A DNA stretch of 63,173 bases, counting the filler, from Octopus bimaculoides (Eukaryota): the NCBI RefSeq assembly GCF_001194135.2. It is 3 parts of 3 records of this genome, joined end to end, with 100 filler letters (N's around TTAATTAATTAA, not from the genome) between each part and the next. Parts side by side here need not be neighbours in the genome. Positions count along the whole stretch, not along the records: positions 1 to 28,893 come from NC_068981.1; 2 more parts are not named here. One strand, 5' to 3'. The position numbers were made by a program, and so were the translations under genes. This document shows positions 1 through 13,120 of this stretch, piece after piece (position 1 is the first letter of the stretch; the number at the start of each line of letters is the position of its first letter). A model generated the notes under the pieces. That model saw only the letters and a program-made list of their open reading frames with translations. It did no database searches and was not told the origin of the DNA.

Positions 1-144
1 CAGAGGGAATACTCATGTCAATTAATAAACACGTCTTATTTGTCTGATCTTTTATAATAATATCCGGTTTATTAGCTTTTATAGCCTTGTCAGTATGTAC
101 GGGGAAGTCCCAGAGAATCGATATATTTTCTCCCTCAGTCACAG

Positions 145-224
<80 letters not shown>

Positions 225-262
225 TCGTCATCGTCATCGTCATCGTCGTCGTCATCATCGTC
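145..262. repeat. (TAT)n followed by (CAT/CGT)n compound microsatellite
   Basis: Direct reading; explains the poly-Y/poly-L ORFs at 87-325. Confidence 0.97.
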
Positions 263-839
263 AATATTATTATAATCACTATACCTGCGCTTCCAAAACG
301 AATATTGTTTCAAGAAGCTACCTAGTGGTCTATAATTCATGCAGTTGTTAAATATCCTCAAAATGACTAAATCTAAATAGAGAATGTGTAAATTTACTTT
401 CCCTTAACATTATAATATTTGTTAAGTGGATTATGTTACTTTTCATGCTTCTATCATCTGGAGATGCCTACAGATAAAATTGTAGATATTGTTCTTCTTA
501 ATTGCGAGAGGTGTGTAATAATATGCATTGCTTTTGTGTGTCATAAATTTAATGTCACTAGTACGGTGATTATATTTAGATGGTAGGTGTGATATGGAAC
601 ATTCATCTTCGGTTTTATGAGTATGAGAACAGAATCATTAAGTGCATGTGAAATATTTGAGAAATAAATAAAGTAAATATTTTCAAGAGTGAAAATGCTT
701 CTATACATTAACCAAAGTACATTGTTCAAGTAAACAACTAATGCAGTATGCTATGACAGTGACTGAACCTTCTATACTTTCAAATGGTGGATATTCGAAG
801 TAAATGAAGAAAATATCGAAGTGTATACAAGTTCTAAAG

Positions 840-990
840 AACGAACAGCAGACTATTTGGCAGAGGGGACAAGAAACCTAATGACCGAAAGACAAGGATG
901 GATTAATATCTGGCGTGACTTATGAACATGTTAGGAATCTAAGTGTCGAACGAGTAAGTTAGTGAAAGGAAGCGGCGGTAGTCACATCTG
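840..990 (+). mobile_element. possible very decayed RTE-type LINE 3' end
   Basis: Translates as AEGTRNLMTERQGWIN...SGVTYEHVRNLSVER, loosely like the RTE C-terminal EG-R-RGRP---W-D motif; stops and frameshifts present. Confidence 0.25.
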
Positions 991-1825
991 ACTTACATAA
1001 ATGTTGTATTCAAATCATCGTTCCTCATGTAAGCATGTACATAACAATATACACAATGTATACTTACACAGTCACACACAGTCACACACATACATATCTA
1101 TTAAACAAAAATGCACACACACCCAAAATAATATAGGCAGTATTCGCAATATAAAACAAAAAGAGGAAATATTCAATCGTCACCAATTATCACTGAGGAT
1201 GTTGTGTAGTTACTATATTACTAGAAACAAGAGTTAAAACACTTATAACGGCAGCATTTCTAAGGGTGTTGATTGTTATTTCTAATAATATTTGTGTTAC
1301 TCAGTACGCTCAGTCAGAATTAGTCACGATTGAGTCTTTCCCTTTTAATTCTATATCATCTGTTCACTGACAAATATTCATGCAGCACGGGGTTTTGTCA
1401 GTAAACAGATCGCGGTTTCAAAGCGACGAAAATATTTTGGCACAAATTAAATTTAAATGTTGAAAGGAAAGTAAAGATTTCTGAGTTTTCTTGAATATCT
1501 ATTAAAGGAAAAGGAAACCAAAACCAAAGCAGGACGAGTATCTCAAGTCATCTAGAATATTTAATTAGAGTAAGGTGATTCAAAAAGAAAGAAGTAGAAG
1601 TATTTAATGTATTAGAGCTGTTTCTGGGATATCCCAGGTGATGGATGAACAGCTCCATGCACTGGGTATTCCGTCATCTGAGATAAGACCGAGAGAATGA
1701 TATTGATAGATAGATAGTTAATTTTGTGAAGAAAAAGTCTCATAAAGTTTTACGGGATTTAAGTTGATAGTGAATTCGTAGTTTCGTCTTACTAGTTTTC
1801 GTTAGGCTGTATGTTCATATATTTA

Positions 1826-1835
1826 TATATGTCTT

Positions 1836-1869
<34 letters not shown>

Positions 1870-1980
1870 TGTGCGTGCGTGTATCTGTGCGTGTATGTGT
1901 GTATGCGATTGTGCGAGCGTGTGTTTGTGAATGAGAGAGAGAGAGAGACAGAGAGAGAGAGAGAGACAGAGAGAGAGAGG
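1826..1980. repeat. (TG)n/(AG)n compound microsatellite
   Basis: Direct reading. Confidence 0.95.
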
Positions 1981-3283
1981 GAAGAATGCACATGTGTGTA
2001 CATACATGTACTACACGTGCATAAATATAACGAATTTAGTTCTATTTTAATATAGATTTTCAATAATATATATTTCATTATTATTTAACCGTGAATTAGT
2101 ATAAATTAGTGATTATATTCCCTGGAAGATTTCATGAATCAAAATTGTCTAATGCCAAACCTATTTGATTAATTAAAGTTACAGAATTGAATACAAATCT
2201 TCAACGAAGCAATGTAAATTGCAACAGCGCTACATTTGGCAATATATTTCGAAACAACCATCTTCAAGTAATTATACGTGATAGACCTTTTCATTTGCTG
2301 ATTCCATAATAATCAAACGAATTCCCAACATTATGCGATCACTTTAATATCATTACCGGCCCCCATTATAGATGCACTTGACAATAAATGAAAGTTACAC
2401 AACAATAAATTATATTTTATGTTCAATCTTTCTTTCTCATTGCGGTCGTTATAAAATGGGAACTCGATTATCTTGTGAATGACTTCAAGAATGGAATAGC
2501 AATTCCAAACCAATGATGAAATGGAGTTTCACTCATTAATCTTATTGAATACCGAACATTTCTAAATATTTCTATCTGCACACATAATCTTCTTCGTTCA
2601 TTGTATTCCTCTCTATTTACACGCATATGTATTGACCTATCTATTTATGCATGTATTTGTCTATCTGACTATATATATATACATATGTGCATATATATAT
2701 ATATATATANNNNNNNNNNNNNNNNNNNNNNNNNNNNNNNNNNNNNNNNNNNNNNNNNNNNNNNNNNNNNNNNNNNNNNNNNNNNNNNNNNNNNNNNNNN
2801 NNNNNNNNNNNNNNNNNNNNNNNNNNNNNNNNNNNNNNNNNNNNNNNNNNNNNNNNNNNNNNNNNNNNNNNNNNNNNNNNNNNNNNNNNNNNNNNNNNNN
2901 NNNNNNNNNNNNNNNNNNNNNNNNNNNNNNNNNNNNNNNNNNNNNNNNNNNNNNNNNNNNNNNNNNNNNNNNNNNNNNNNNNNNNNNNNNNNNNNNNNNN
3001 NNNNNNNNNNNNNNNNNNNNNNNNNNNNNNNNNNNNNNNNNNNNNNNNNNNNNNNNNNNNNNNNNNNNNNNNNNNNNNNNNNNNNNNNNNNNNNNNNNNN
3101 NNNNGTGTCTAAAAATTAGAGACGTATGCACTGAATGGAATATAGTTATGTATAACTATATGAAATATGCATTCCGATGAGGAGAGAAATTATGCAAGAA
3201 AAAAATATATGCACATAGAAAATTCACTTTGGGCACATTGCAAAGCTCACAAGTGATCTCTGTGTGAGACCAGAAAACCTCCT

Positions 3284-3322
3284 GAATTATGTGTTTTTGC
3301 GTTAGTACGCTTCATCAGATGT
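3284..3322 (-). ncRNA. decayed hammerhead-like motif
   Basis: Minus strand reads ACAT-CTGATGA-A-GCGT-acta-ACGC-AAAAA-CACA-TA-AT; perfect 4-bp stem II, but GAAA and stem III are altered at CpG-type positions. Confidence 0.4.
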
Positions 3323-4359
3323 GGATATCGAGCAGCAGTTCAATGTTACGCTTCTCTTATATTAGAACAACACACTTTTATTTGTTTATATGTGGAAAAC
3401 TTTGCAAAGCACCACTTATATAGAGATGCGTTTAGTGAATATATTTCACCGTGACAAGACTTTGAGTACATCAGCAAATCAAATTTTCTAATTTAAGACA
3501 GTGTGTAGTAACAGACGGCTCGGTATCCGGTATATGGTGGTAAGCAACTGCATTGGTTATAGCACCTTAGATAGTTTTCCTTCCTTTTTTCTTTGTGACG
3601 CTCGTTCGAAGTGGCTGGCTTTACAACATGGATTATATGACGATTAAATCAGCAACGACATAACAATTGAAACATAGGTTGATGTATTCTATAAGTAAAA
3701 AAAAGTAATTATTTTGTGTTAAGCAATGCATTTAAAACTTGAAAACGTGCGAGGGTGTATGTATATATATATACATCGAAAGACACAACAAACATTTACT
3801 ATGTATGTGTGTGCTTATGTGTGTGTGCAGGGTATGTGTACACACACACGCACACACACACACACAAACAAACACACATGTAATATGCACATGTATATGT
3901 GTGTGTATGCATTTGTGTCATAATAATCGAAATAGTCTTTTAAGCGTTATTTATAAAGCAATTTGTTAGTCGAAAGAACCATAGCAAATTGATTGAAAAC
4001 TCTTTGTGGACTCTCGGGGACTTTATACAAGCTTTTTCATTGTGCATTTCTTAGATAATCAGGAATCGATCATACATCATAGGAATTCACATCGTTTATT
4101 GCCATCATATCTCAAGTTATATTTGAAATGAAAAACAAGTGAGATGTTTGCATTGAATAGACTTACAAGCACATGCATACATATGTGATTGTTTGTGCTT
4201 GTGTATACGAGACTGTCTGTCTATGTATGTAAATACATACGGGCGTATGTGTATGAACAGTTTGTGCATTTATTTACACATGCATATGTACATAGGTTGA
4301 TAGACAAATAGGCACAATCCCTTGAGTTGTGTATATGAATGCACACACAGATGTATGAC

Positions 4360-4407
<48 letters not shown>

Positions 4408-5128
4408 CCTCTATATATATATATATATATATATANNNNNNNNNNNNNNNNNNNNNNNNNNNNNNNNNNNNNNNNNNNNNNNNNNNNNNNNNNNNNNNNN
4501 NNNNNNNNNNNNNNNNNNNNNNNNNNNNNNNNNNNNNNNNNNNNNNNNNNNNNNNNNNNNNNNNNNNNNNNNNNNNNNNNNNNNNNNNNNNNNNNNNNNN
4601 NNNNNNNNNNNNNNNNNNNNNNNNNNNNNNNNNNNNNNNNNNNNNNNNNNNNNNNNNNNNNNNNNNNNNNNNNNNNNNNNNNNNNNNNNNNNNNNNNNNN
4701 NNNNNNNNNNNNNNNNNNNNNNNNNNNNNNNNNNNNNNNNNNNNNNNNNNNNNNNNNNNNNNNNNNNNNNNNNNNNNNNNNNNNNNNNNNNNNNNNNNNN
4801 NNNNNNNNNNNNNNNNNNNNNNNNNNNNNNNNNNNNNNNNNNNNNNNNNNNNNNNNNNNNNNNNNNNNNNNNNNNNNNNNNNNNNNNNNNNNNNNNNNNN
4901 NNNNNNNNNNNNNNNNNNNNNNNNNNNNNNNNNNNNNNNNNNNNNNNNNNNNNNNNNNNNNNNNNNNNNNNNNNNNNNNNNNNNNNNNNNNNNNNNNNNN
5001 NNNNNNNNNNNNNNNNNNNNNNNNNNNNNNNNNNNNNNNNNNNNNNNNNNNNNNNNNNNNNNNNNNNNNNNNNNNNNNNNNNNNNNNNNNNNNNNNNNNN
5101 NNNNNNNNNNNNNNNNNNNNNNNNNNAG

Positions 5129-5185
<57 letters not shown>

Positions 5186-7895
5186 CATACATACATACAT
5201 AGACGGACAGCTAGAAAGATATAGATACACACACAGGCACACACACACATAAATATGAAAATCATATGCATTTATATGTGTGTGTGTGCGTGCGGGAAAG
5301 CTTAAGTGTGATAGGTACATATGCACATATATAGATGCATATATGTGTGTGCATGTGTTTGTGTCTGTACATGCATGATCGTGTATATGTTTGTGGTGGA
5401 TGTTTATGTTTGCGCTCCAGTGAGAAAGGGAGAGAGAGAGAAGGATAGATAATGTGAGTGTGCAGGTATGTGTGCCTGTAAAAGTACCAGAATGAGCGAA
5501 GTATTTTTGATTCGTGTTAAAGTTTCTTAATGCGTACCTCATTCACGTCGGAGAAAATAATAGTGTATGTTCATTACGAGAACATGCTTCCAAATATAAG
5601 ATATTATTACACCGATTTTGTTATCGCTAATGTTGCAACAATATATTGATTGTTAACATCGGTTAATGTTCACTCTGATAATATTAGCGTTATTCCGATT
5701 GAAGTAATCGTAAAGAGATTATGATAAATACATAAATGTATCGATAGAATAATACAAAAAAAAAATAAAATAAAATAAGCAATGCATAGAAAGTTGCATT
5801 ATATTTCGAATATTAATTCGGATTTAGATTTAATGGAAAATTTGAAACCCAATGCATATATTAAACGAATACAAATTTGAGGAGATGTCTTCTAACTTGA
5901 GTAAATTATATACGACTGGAGAAATTACAGATGATTGTCTTCTTAAACTTCTGTTACCGGAAATGTTTTTTTTTTTTTTCATGTAATGCAAGCGATATTT
6001 GCAAATTGATGATGTCGTACAGATATTAAAGACAAGGAGACGATTTCCGGCAGCAGTCATCACTAAACTGTTGAAAGAGAGAAAGAGAGAACATCATACA
6101 GTCAAGGACATATACATGAATATCGACATAAATATATATGTGCATAAATAGATTTTGAATATTTCAGTTAAATAGTAACACTCTACGCACACACATATAT
6201 TTGCGTGTGTATTGATATATGCGTGTGTGTTTGTGTGGGTATTGATATATATGTGTGTGTGCGTTTTGTGAGTGTGTGCTTTTGCGTATGTATCTGCATA
6301 CATGTATATTTATATATACTAATCTATTTAACGTACGCATTGGTCATAGTCAGAACTGACAACTACGTTTTAGTTGAGCGATGTCAGTGAACAAATATTG
6401 TAGTAAGAAACGAAATGTAAAAAATAAAGTTGATGCGTGATTACTTACGGTACTCACTCATTATGCACTATTGGCTATCGGTCGATTTATCTTTCTATTT
6501 ATATCACTCTATCAATATATGTATGTTTGTGCGTGTGTTTGCGTCTCTTTGTGTTGTTTAACTGGTTTATTCCTATATAACGAAAGTGCAGTGCTGTTAA
6601 CTCTTCTCAATCGATTCTGAATTCTCAGTTTCAAAGGCAGTAAAACGTATTAACTGAAATTGCAGAAAAGTTTAAACTGTACGAAAATTTACTGATTTAA
6701 TTGCACATAATGTAAGTAGCATCTACATTTTCGTAATTAAACACTTTCTTTTATTGAGCCTATTGTAAGTTTCTAAATATTACTTTATATGTGTTCCGGT
6801 GTGCGTGTGTGAGATTGTGCATCTCGTTCAAAGCTGAGTGAATTGAGCACTCTAAATATATATCATGGAGCTTAAATACCAGTATCCATAGTTTTCTTTG
6901 GCGATACTTTTCATAATTTTCCACTGACTCAAGAATCGCGACTGTTCGTTTCAAGCTTTGAAGTAGGTCACAGTTTCTCTATTAAACTTAATTTTGTTGG
7001 TAAAGTTTGATTGAGTTTATAATTTGATTGTCTCTTTGTCATCATGCTGTGTCATGACGCAGCTTAGAAGCAGTTGGAAATGCATTTTAGCATCAGTAAC
7101 TATAACATTCTTTCTTACTTTGGATGGCATTAATATTTGATTTTGAATATAAACAAGCGCAATAATTTTTTTAACAATTTTAACAAGAACATCTCTATAT
7201 TGAAACAGCAGAACACTACTGACTTTAGCAAAATGGTATTTCTATTTTCTATATAAAGGATACTGGATATGATATAACAGTTTATAGTGTGGAGCACATA
7301 ATATGAAGTGATAATTAATTGCTAATAGCTTAATGTAAGCCAACAGAGAGTTACAAAGTGAGCATCAACATGATATTCTAATTTTCTTCTTACAGGATAC
7401 TGTTGGTTGTGGCAATATAGAACTTTTGGCGCAAAAATAGACGATATTGCCACGCTCATAGTGGTTATAGATGGACATATAGAAATGATTACAGTTCAAG
7501 CTCGTCAATACATGTTTTTTTTTGTTTTTTTTTCTGAGAAGGCCTTCAACTAAAACACGATAGTAATGTAGAAATTTTCCTCGTTCCTGATAGAAATTAG
7601 TCCATATATTGAGTAAAACTACGTTATTCGAAATATTGCTGATGTAATTTATCGGTAGAAAATTGGGAAGGGTAAGGTACTTTTACGCCTGATAATTACG
7701 TACATGTATTTCTGTTAAAGGCTTTCGAAATAGGAAGCGATGAGATATAGTATAATTTAATATTATGCACCTTTAAATGTTTATGTTAGCTGCATGAGTC
7801 TCAGAAGCGCTGCTAATATACGGATGACCAACCCTGATTATACAGTGTGTGCTCTTTGACGATCGTATCTATTTACTCTTCTTTTCCTAACTCAC

Positions 7896-7980
7896 AGAAT
7901 AAATCGAAGATTCATTTCCTATGTGTACACTATATTCTGACAAACCTCGTCCTCGATGTCGTCTTGTATTGAGGAGAACT
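7896..7980 (-). other. candidate internal exon (85 nt), unidentified gene
   Basis: attttacag| ... TCT|gtgagt; one open frame VLLNTRRHRGRGLSEYSVHIGNESSIYS; no homology confirmed. Confidence 0.3.
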
Positions 7981-8283
7981 CTGTAAAATATGCTATAATC
8001 AGTGTATAAAAGTTAAATATGGATCCGTCTAATAATATTCGATTCCTGCTGGAATTTCCTTCGAACATATTGTCTCTTCATTAAACATTCAGTCTGGTTT
8101 GTATTTATTTATTATGACCTGTAAATGAATGGCTTTTACGTTGACTATGTAAAGATTGTTGAAGACAAACTTTCGAAACATTTTCCTGTAATGAATCTAT
8201 TCATAGCATGTTCGTTCAAATTGCTTTATATTTCCAGGTCATTTTCTCTGCATAAGGGATGTGAAATAAAGTGTACTACTCAC

Positions 8284-8345
8284 CGAAGTCTTGCATAAAC
8301 TATGCAACAACAACTATTAGTTCAGTTTCACAGTATAGCATCCAT
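8284..8345 (-). other. candidate non-coding exon (62 nt)
   Basis: ctttgtttcacctcttag| ... TCG|gtgagt; stops in all three frames. Confidence 0.25.
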
Positions 8346-8916
8346 CTAAGAGGTGAAACAAAGCTTTAACAGGTTTTGACACCCAGCGAAATTGATCATG
8401 ATATAAGCGTAATACCCCTGCGTTCATGTGTCCTCTAATATCATTATACATGTGCAAATGTGTGGCCTACATATGTTCAGTCCCTTAACGATGTATTTCT
8501 ATATGGAAGCATAGAGAGCTACAATATCCAACTGTGTGCACATCTTGATTGTTTTGGACAAGGTAAAACGGAGGAATTTTATATTAACGTCATTACAATT
8601 CCAGTAGTAGGACTGAAGTTAATCGGATATCAACAACTGTTAAGTGACACACACACACACACACGCACGCACACACGCACGCACACACACACGCGCACAC
8701 ACACACACACGTACACACACACACATATATATAACCCTAAAATACCTCCCTCTTGACGCGTTATATATCATCATTTGAACATTTTCTCTAACTTCTTTCA
8801 GTAGGTTCCCCGTAAATGCATGTTATCATCCTATACACACGTTCGCCCGCGCTACACACAGATACTGACAGCCTCACACGCACACACACACAAACACACA
8901 CACGCAAATACATATT

Positions 8917-9012
8917 CCCGACAACATGGTTCTGGGTTCTGCATGGCACAGTGGACAAGTGTCTTCCAATATAACCTGGAGCCAACCGAAGCCGTGCGAG
9001 TGGAATAAGCGA
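8917..9012 (+). mobile_element. SINE family A, partial 5' region
   Basis: ACATGGTTCTGGGTTC...CAAGTGTCTTC...AGCCAACCGAAGCC matches the head of the fuller copies at 12057 and 54692. Confidence 0.65.
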
Positions 9013-11644
9013 TATACTTTAAAAGAAATAAAGATAGATTCGTTCAATAGCAATTCTTGAAGGCAATGCCCAGACAAGTATAGGATGAAAGATATAAAAT
9101 AAAAGATACCTTCATCCACATATATTTATACGCACTCAGACAGACACACTTACTTACACCTGCATACATACTGTAGTATATATAATTTTCTGAAAATACT
9201 AATTTAATTACATATATAATAATTTTTTTCTGTTATGCACTGTAATAGTAAAACATCATTTGTACCAAGGTACGTATGATATTCTCATTCTACAATATGG
9301 TAAACTATACTGTATTCCTAGATTCCGCACGCTACCATACCATCTTTGAGGCATAATCACATATCTTGTTGAATACTAGGTTGGAATACTAATGTAAGTT
9401 GTTTAAATAAATTGCAACAGTATACAGTAATGTTATCTTAAAATCCTTCTCAACGCCATATCATTTCTTTTGTTCTTCGTTATCTTCTTCGTTTAATTTT
9501 TTTACCCATTAACTTTCGGAAAGATCTTTAGAAATAGCATCTGTTTAAATCCTGGTTAAATATTAATGTGACAAATATTTGAAATATTGCAATGTCAAAT
9601 CATGAGAGAAATTATTTCTTCTTCTTCGTACAGAACGCTTGTTTGACAAGCAAAATATTCTGTCAAAAGCAAATATAATTTTAGCGGACGTCTATAGTAC
9701 TTGAGATTTGAAGCTGTCATTTTCGAAAAACACAAATAGTCGGTCTGTGAATTCTTCTAATTTCAGAATAAATTCTTTAGAATTCGTCTTCTCCCAATGA
9801 CGGTAACTTGCAATCATGTAATTTTATTTCTCCATACATTAGTAAATATTTATGTTATAATAAAACCAAAGAGCATACTGATGGCAAGATTAAAATTATA
9901 GTGAAATCAATTATTTACGGTTCATTTGATATGTGATTGAAGCTCACTCTTTCAGCTACCATAAGTTGAAGAAATCCATAAAGGAAATGTACATGTTGTA
10001 AGTCATCAATCAATTTTTCATTCTGCGGAATAAAGTATGATTTTTGTTTTGCAATATATTATTTGGAGTAACATGACAAGCATACGTCTCCGACACACGA
10101 TTCCATCGTTCAGCTTAAAGACGTCTCCGTCATTCAACTTAAATATAGACTGAATAAGAAGTGTAAACATGATAAAGTATAATATATGTCTTACAAGTGA
10201 ATATGTTGAACACAGATTAGGTTTCTTCTTGACTGTTTTCAGCATTAAGTACTTTAGTTGTACAATACGCGTGTAAGGAAGACAGATAAATAAATGACGT
10301 TTAGGCTTCAGTATTATGAACATATTTGTTGAATTCTCACAGGATTTTGTTACGCGAAAGGTAAAAACATGCTTATAATTTTAAACAGAAAATATAGTGA
10401 ACCCTACAATGTTTCATAAAATTGATACAACTATGAATAGTGTAGCAAAGGCCACTGTTGAGGAATAGTTCCTGCATATCGATAGAAGAAAATATGGGCA
10501 TATATACGTTTACGTATGTAGAATGAAATAGAAATGTGTTGAATTTATTTGAATGAAAGGTTGAATAAGAATACGTAGTTCAAAAAAGGGAGAGCGAAAC
10601 ATAGAATAGGGAGAACGTTTGAAGTGGAAGGAGAGCTAGTCCGGACATTGGGTAAAATATTTTATATAAGAAAGAATTAAGAAACTATATATCGACAAAT
10701 AGATTTGTGTATGTGTGTGTGCATATGCATGAATGCATATAAGATAAAAAAAAGTATGCATGCATTTCATTTTACAGCTGTAATAAACTTTATGCACAAC
10801 TTAGTAATTCCTTATGTATAGGTTAGCTTTTACTCCTACGATTATGTTTGAATTATAAATTCCATCCTCTACAGTGATACCACATGTTTTACTTGTTCAT
10901 TCTCTCTTCATAATATATATATAAATGTATCTATCATCTATGTATGCAGACATATACAGCGTCTAAATTCCTCGCTATTTTTGCGGTGTTATTTTCTTCC
11001 ATTTACTAAATAGAAATTAAATTATTCAAACAGTAAACAATTATCAATTTCTTGCTAAATACTCTTAATCACTTATAATTTGATAGAAATTTGTTACAGC
11101 ATTATACGGGCATAATTCAATTCAAATAGTTTTCCTGTAAGATGTAGAACAAATTATTTATTATTCATAGGCATATCTGGTTTCACTAAATGTTTAGCTC
11201 TATACTTCATTGCATCCTGAACATATTCAACTTGCAACAACATGCCATTTGGCATTTCCGCCGTTAAATGTTTATTGATGCTTTTTCATGCTCTAATAAT
11301 CATAGAGGTCACTAAGCATTTGAATATTGGATAAAATCTGAATAATACGATACCCGCCCCATTCACGCTTGTGCGTCTACGCTAAAGCAACTAATTATAT
11401 ACTCTTTGACCAACATCTAACATAAGTAAACTTATATCACGAATATGTTGTTAATTCTTTGAATTCTCTAATCAAGTAAAGAAAAAAAATCAGGTAATGT
11501 TCTTTATATTCACAACCATATCATTTTATTTTTTAATTTATTTTTAGGTTTTAGTCGGTTCAAATATTGATTATGATCATAGGGCCCTACCAACAAACAT
11601 CTTACATACAACCACACACATAGACACACATACATATACAAGAG

Positions 11645-11780
11645 AGACTGCAGTACAGTTTCGGTTACCATAATTCCACAACAGGTATTGGTCGATCCGG
11701 GGTGTCGCAGTAGACATATATCGAAGGTGCTACGCAGTGTGACTGTACTCTAAATAACGTATATGCGAACCAAAAACTTT
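11645..11780 (-). mobile_element. SINE family A, decayed 5' half
   Basis: Reverse complement contains CAGTCACACTGCGTAGCACCTT...GATCGACCAATACCT...GAAACTG, like the other family A heads. Confidence 0.65.
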
Positions 11781-11822
11781 AGTCACAGTTATACATAACC
11801 CTGTATATATATATAATAATAA

Positions 11823-11891
<69 letters not shown>

Positions 11892-11956
11892 CAGCAGCAG
11901 TAGCAGTAGTAATAATGATAATGATGATGATGATGACGACGACGACTACGGTGATG

Positions 11957-11992
<36 letters not shown>

Positions 11993-12056
11993 TGTATAAC
12001 AACAAAAAGAAGGAGGCTTCGATAGTTGTAGAAATAAACGATTGTTTTATATCTTG

Positions 12057-12455
12057 GCGCAGGCGTGGTTTATAGGTGCAGGAGTGGGTGTCTGGTAAGT
12101 AGATTGCTTACCAACCTCATGGTTCCGGTTCAGTCCCTCTACGTGGTAAAATGGGCAAGAAGCGTCTACTCTAGCCTCGGGCCGACTGTGAAGGGATTTG
12201 GTACACAGAAAGAGAAAGAAAACAGTCGTATATATATTTATATATTTGTGTATGTGTGTTTGTCACGCCACCATCGCTTGACAACCGATGTTGGTGCGTT
12301 TACGTCCGCTTAACTTAGCGGCTCGGCAAAAGAGAAGGGTACAATAAGTACGAGGCTTACAAAGAATATGTCCTGGGGTTGATTTCTTCGACTAAAGACG
12401 GTGCTCCACTATGGCTGCAGTGAAATAACTAAAACAAATAAAAGAATAGAAGAAC
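12057..12455 (+). mobile_element. SINE family A, full length (tRNA-like head, internal TA/TG tract, conserved tail)
   Basis: GGTAAG..GCTT..CCAACC.CATGGTTCCGGTTCAGTCCC head; CATCGCTTGACAACCGATG...CGGCAAAAGAG...GTCCTGGGGT.GAT...GGTGCTCCA tail, shared with many copies in the window. Confidence 0.9.
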
Positions 12456-12559
12456 ACACACACACGCACACGCACACACGCACACGCACACACGCACACA
12501 CACACGCACGCACGCACACACACACAAACACACACACACACACACTTATATATATACAA

Positions 12560-13118
12560 CATTCTTCACAGTGAAGTGTTTCTTTTCATGCTGATGAACT
12601 GATGATATACAAATAGAGCGAAATCAGGAAAATATGGAAAGTGATCAAATATTTCAAATCCAGTCACGCATACAAGCCATTGAAACGAAGATTATGTCTG
12701 TTAGAGATGACTTTCATTAATTTTCTCTTCTGTTTCATCTTGGTACCCTATCACAACAGCCTCTGCAAGTTTGCATAGTACTTTCCATTGATGGTGTAGG
12801 CTTTTTGAAGAAAGTCAACAAACACATTGCCTTTTGCTTTGCAAAAAACTGCGGTTATCACATTACTTTGCAAACGAAACGATCTGGAACTTCTTCGGAG
12901 AGAGGGAGAAGAGGTTTATCCATCGCATGGATTACTCCTTTGTCTCCTGCTGAAAGTGATGAGCCTAACACTCATTCTAAGTTAAGAAACATTCAAAGAA
13001 GCAAGTTGGATCTGTCTCATATAATGTGATATTTTCCGATGATTCGATCGGACTGTTGTGGTTTTTCTCAGACGACGTGGCACCCATCGAGCAGAAACCT
13101 TCGTCATGCAAGTTGTAA
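12560..13118 (-). pseudogene. mariner transposase relic (older, truncated)
   Basis: Minus strand gives MTKVSARWVPRRL, VFVDFLQKAYTINGKYYANL and LPYFPDFALF (degenerate YSPDLAP); many stops and frameshifts. Confidence 0.85.
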
Positions 13119-13120
13119 TA

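Noticed and set aside
87-325. Poly-Tyr/Leu/Ser ORFs, and all HTHT/CVCV/YIYI/LSLS ORFs across the window
   Set aside because: They are translations of microsatellites; no domain content.
2245-2270. TTGAAGA...GAAA (also 8158, 22077, 36815, 55864, 61344) as hammerheads
   Set aside because: Stem I or stem II cannot form, or the GAAA half is missing.
2601-5542. Long ORFs with X runs (also at 20, 32, 35, 42, 45 and 47 kb)
   Set aside because: Open only because they span N gaps.
12585-12650. CTGATGA...CGAAA as a hammerhead
   Set aside because: No stem II pairing, and the segment is the antisense of the mariner YSPDLAP region.
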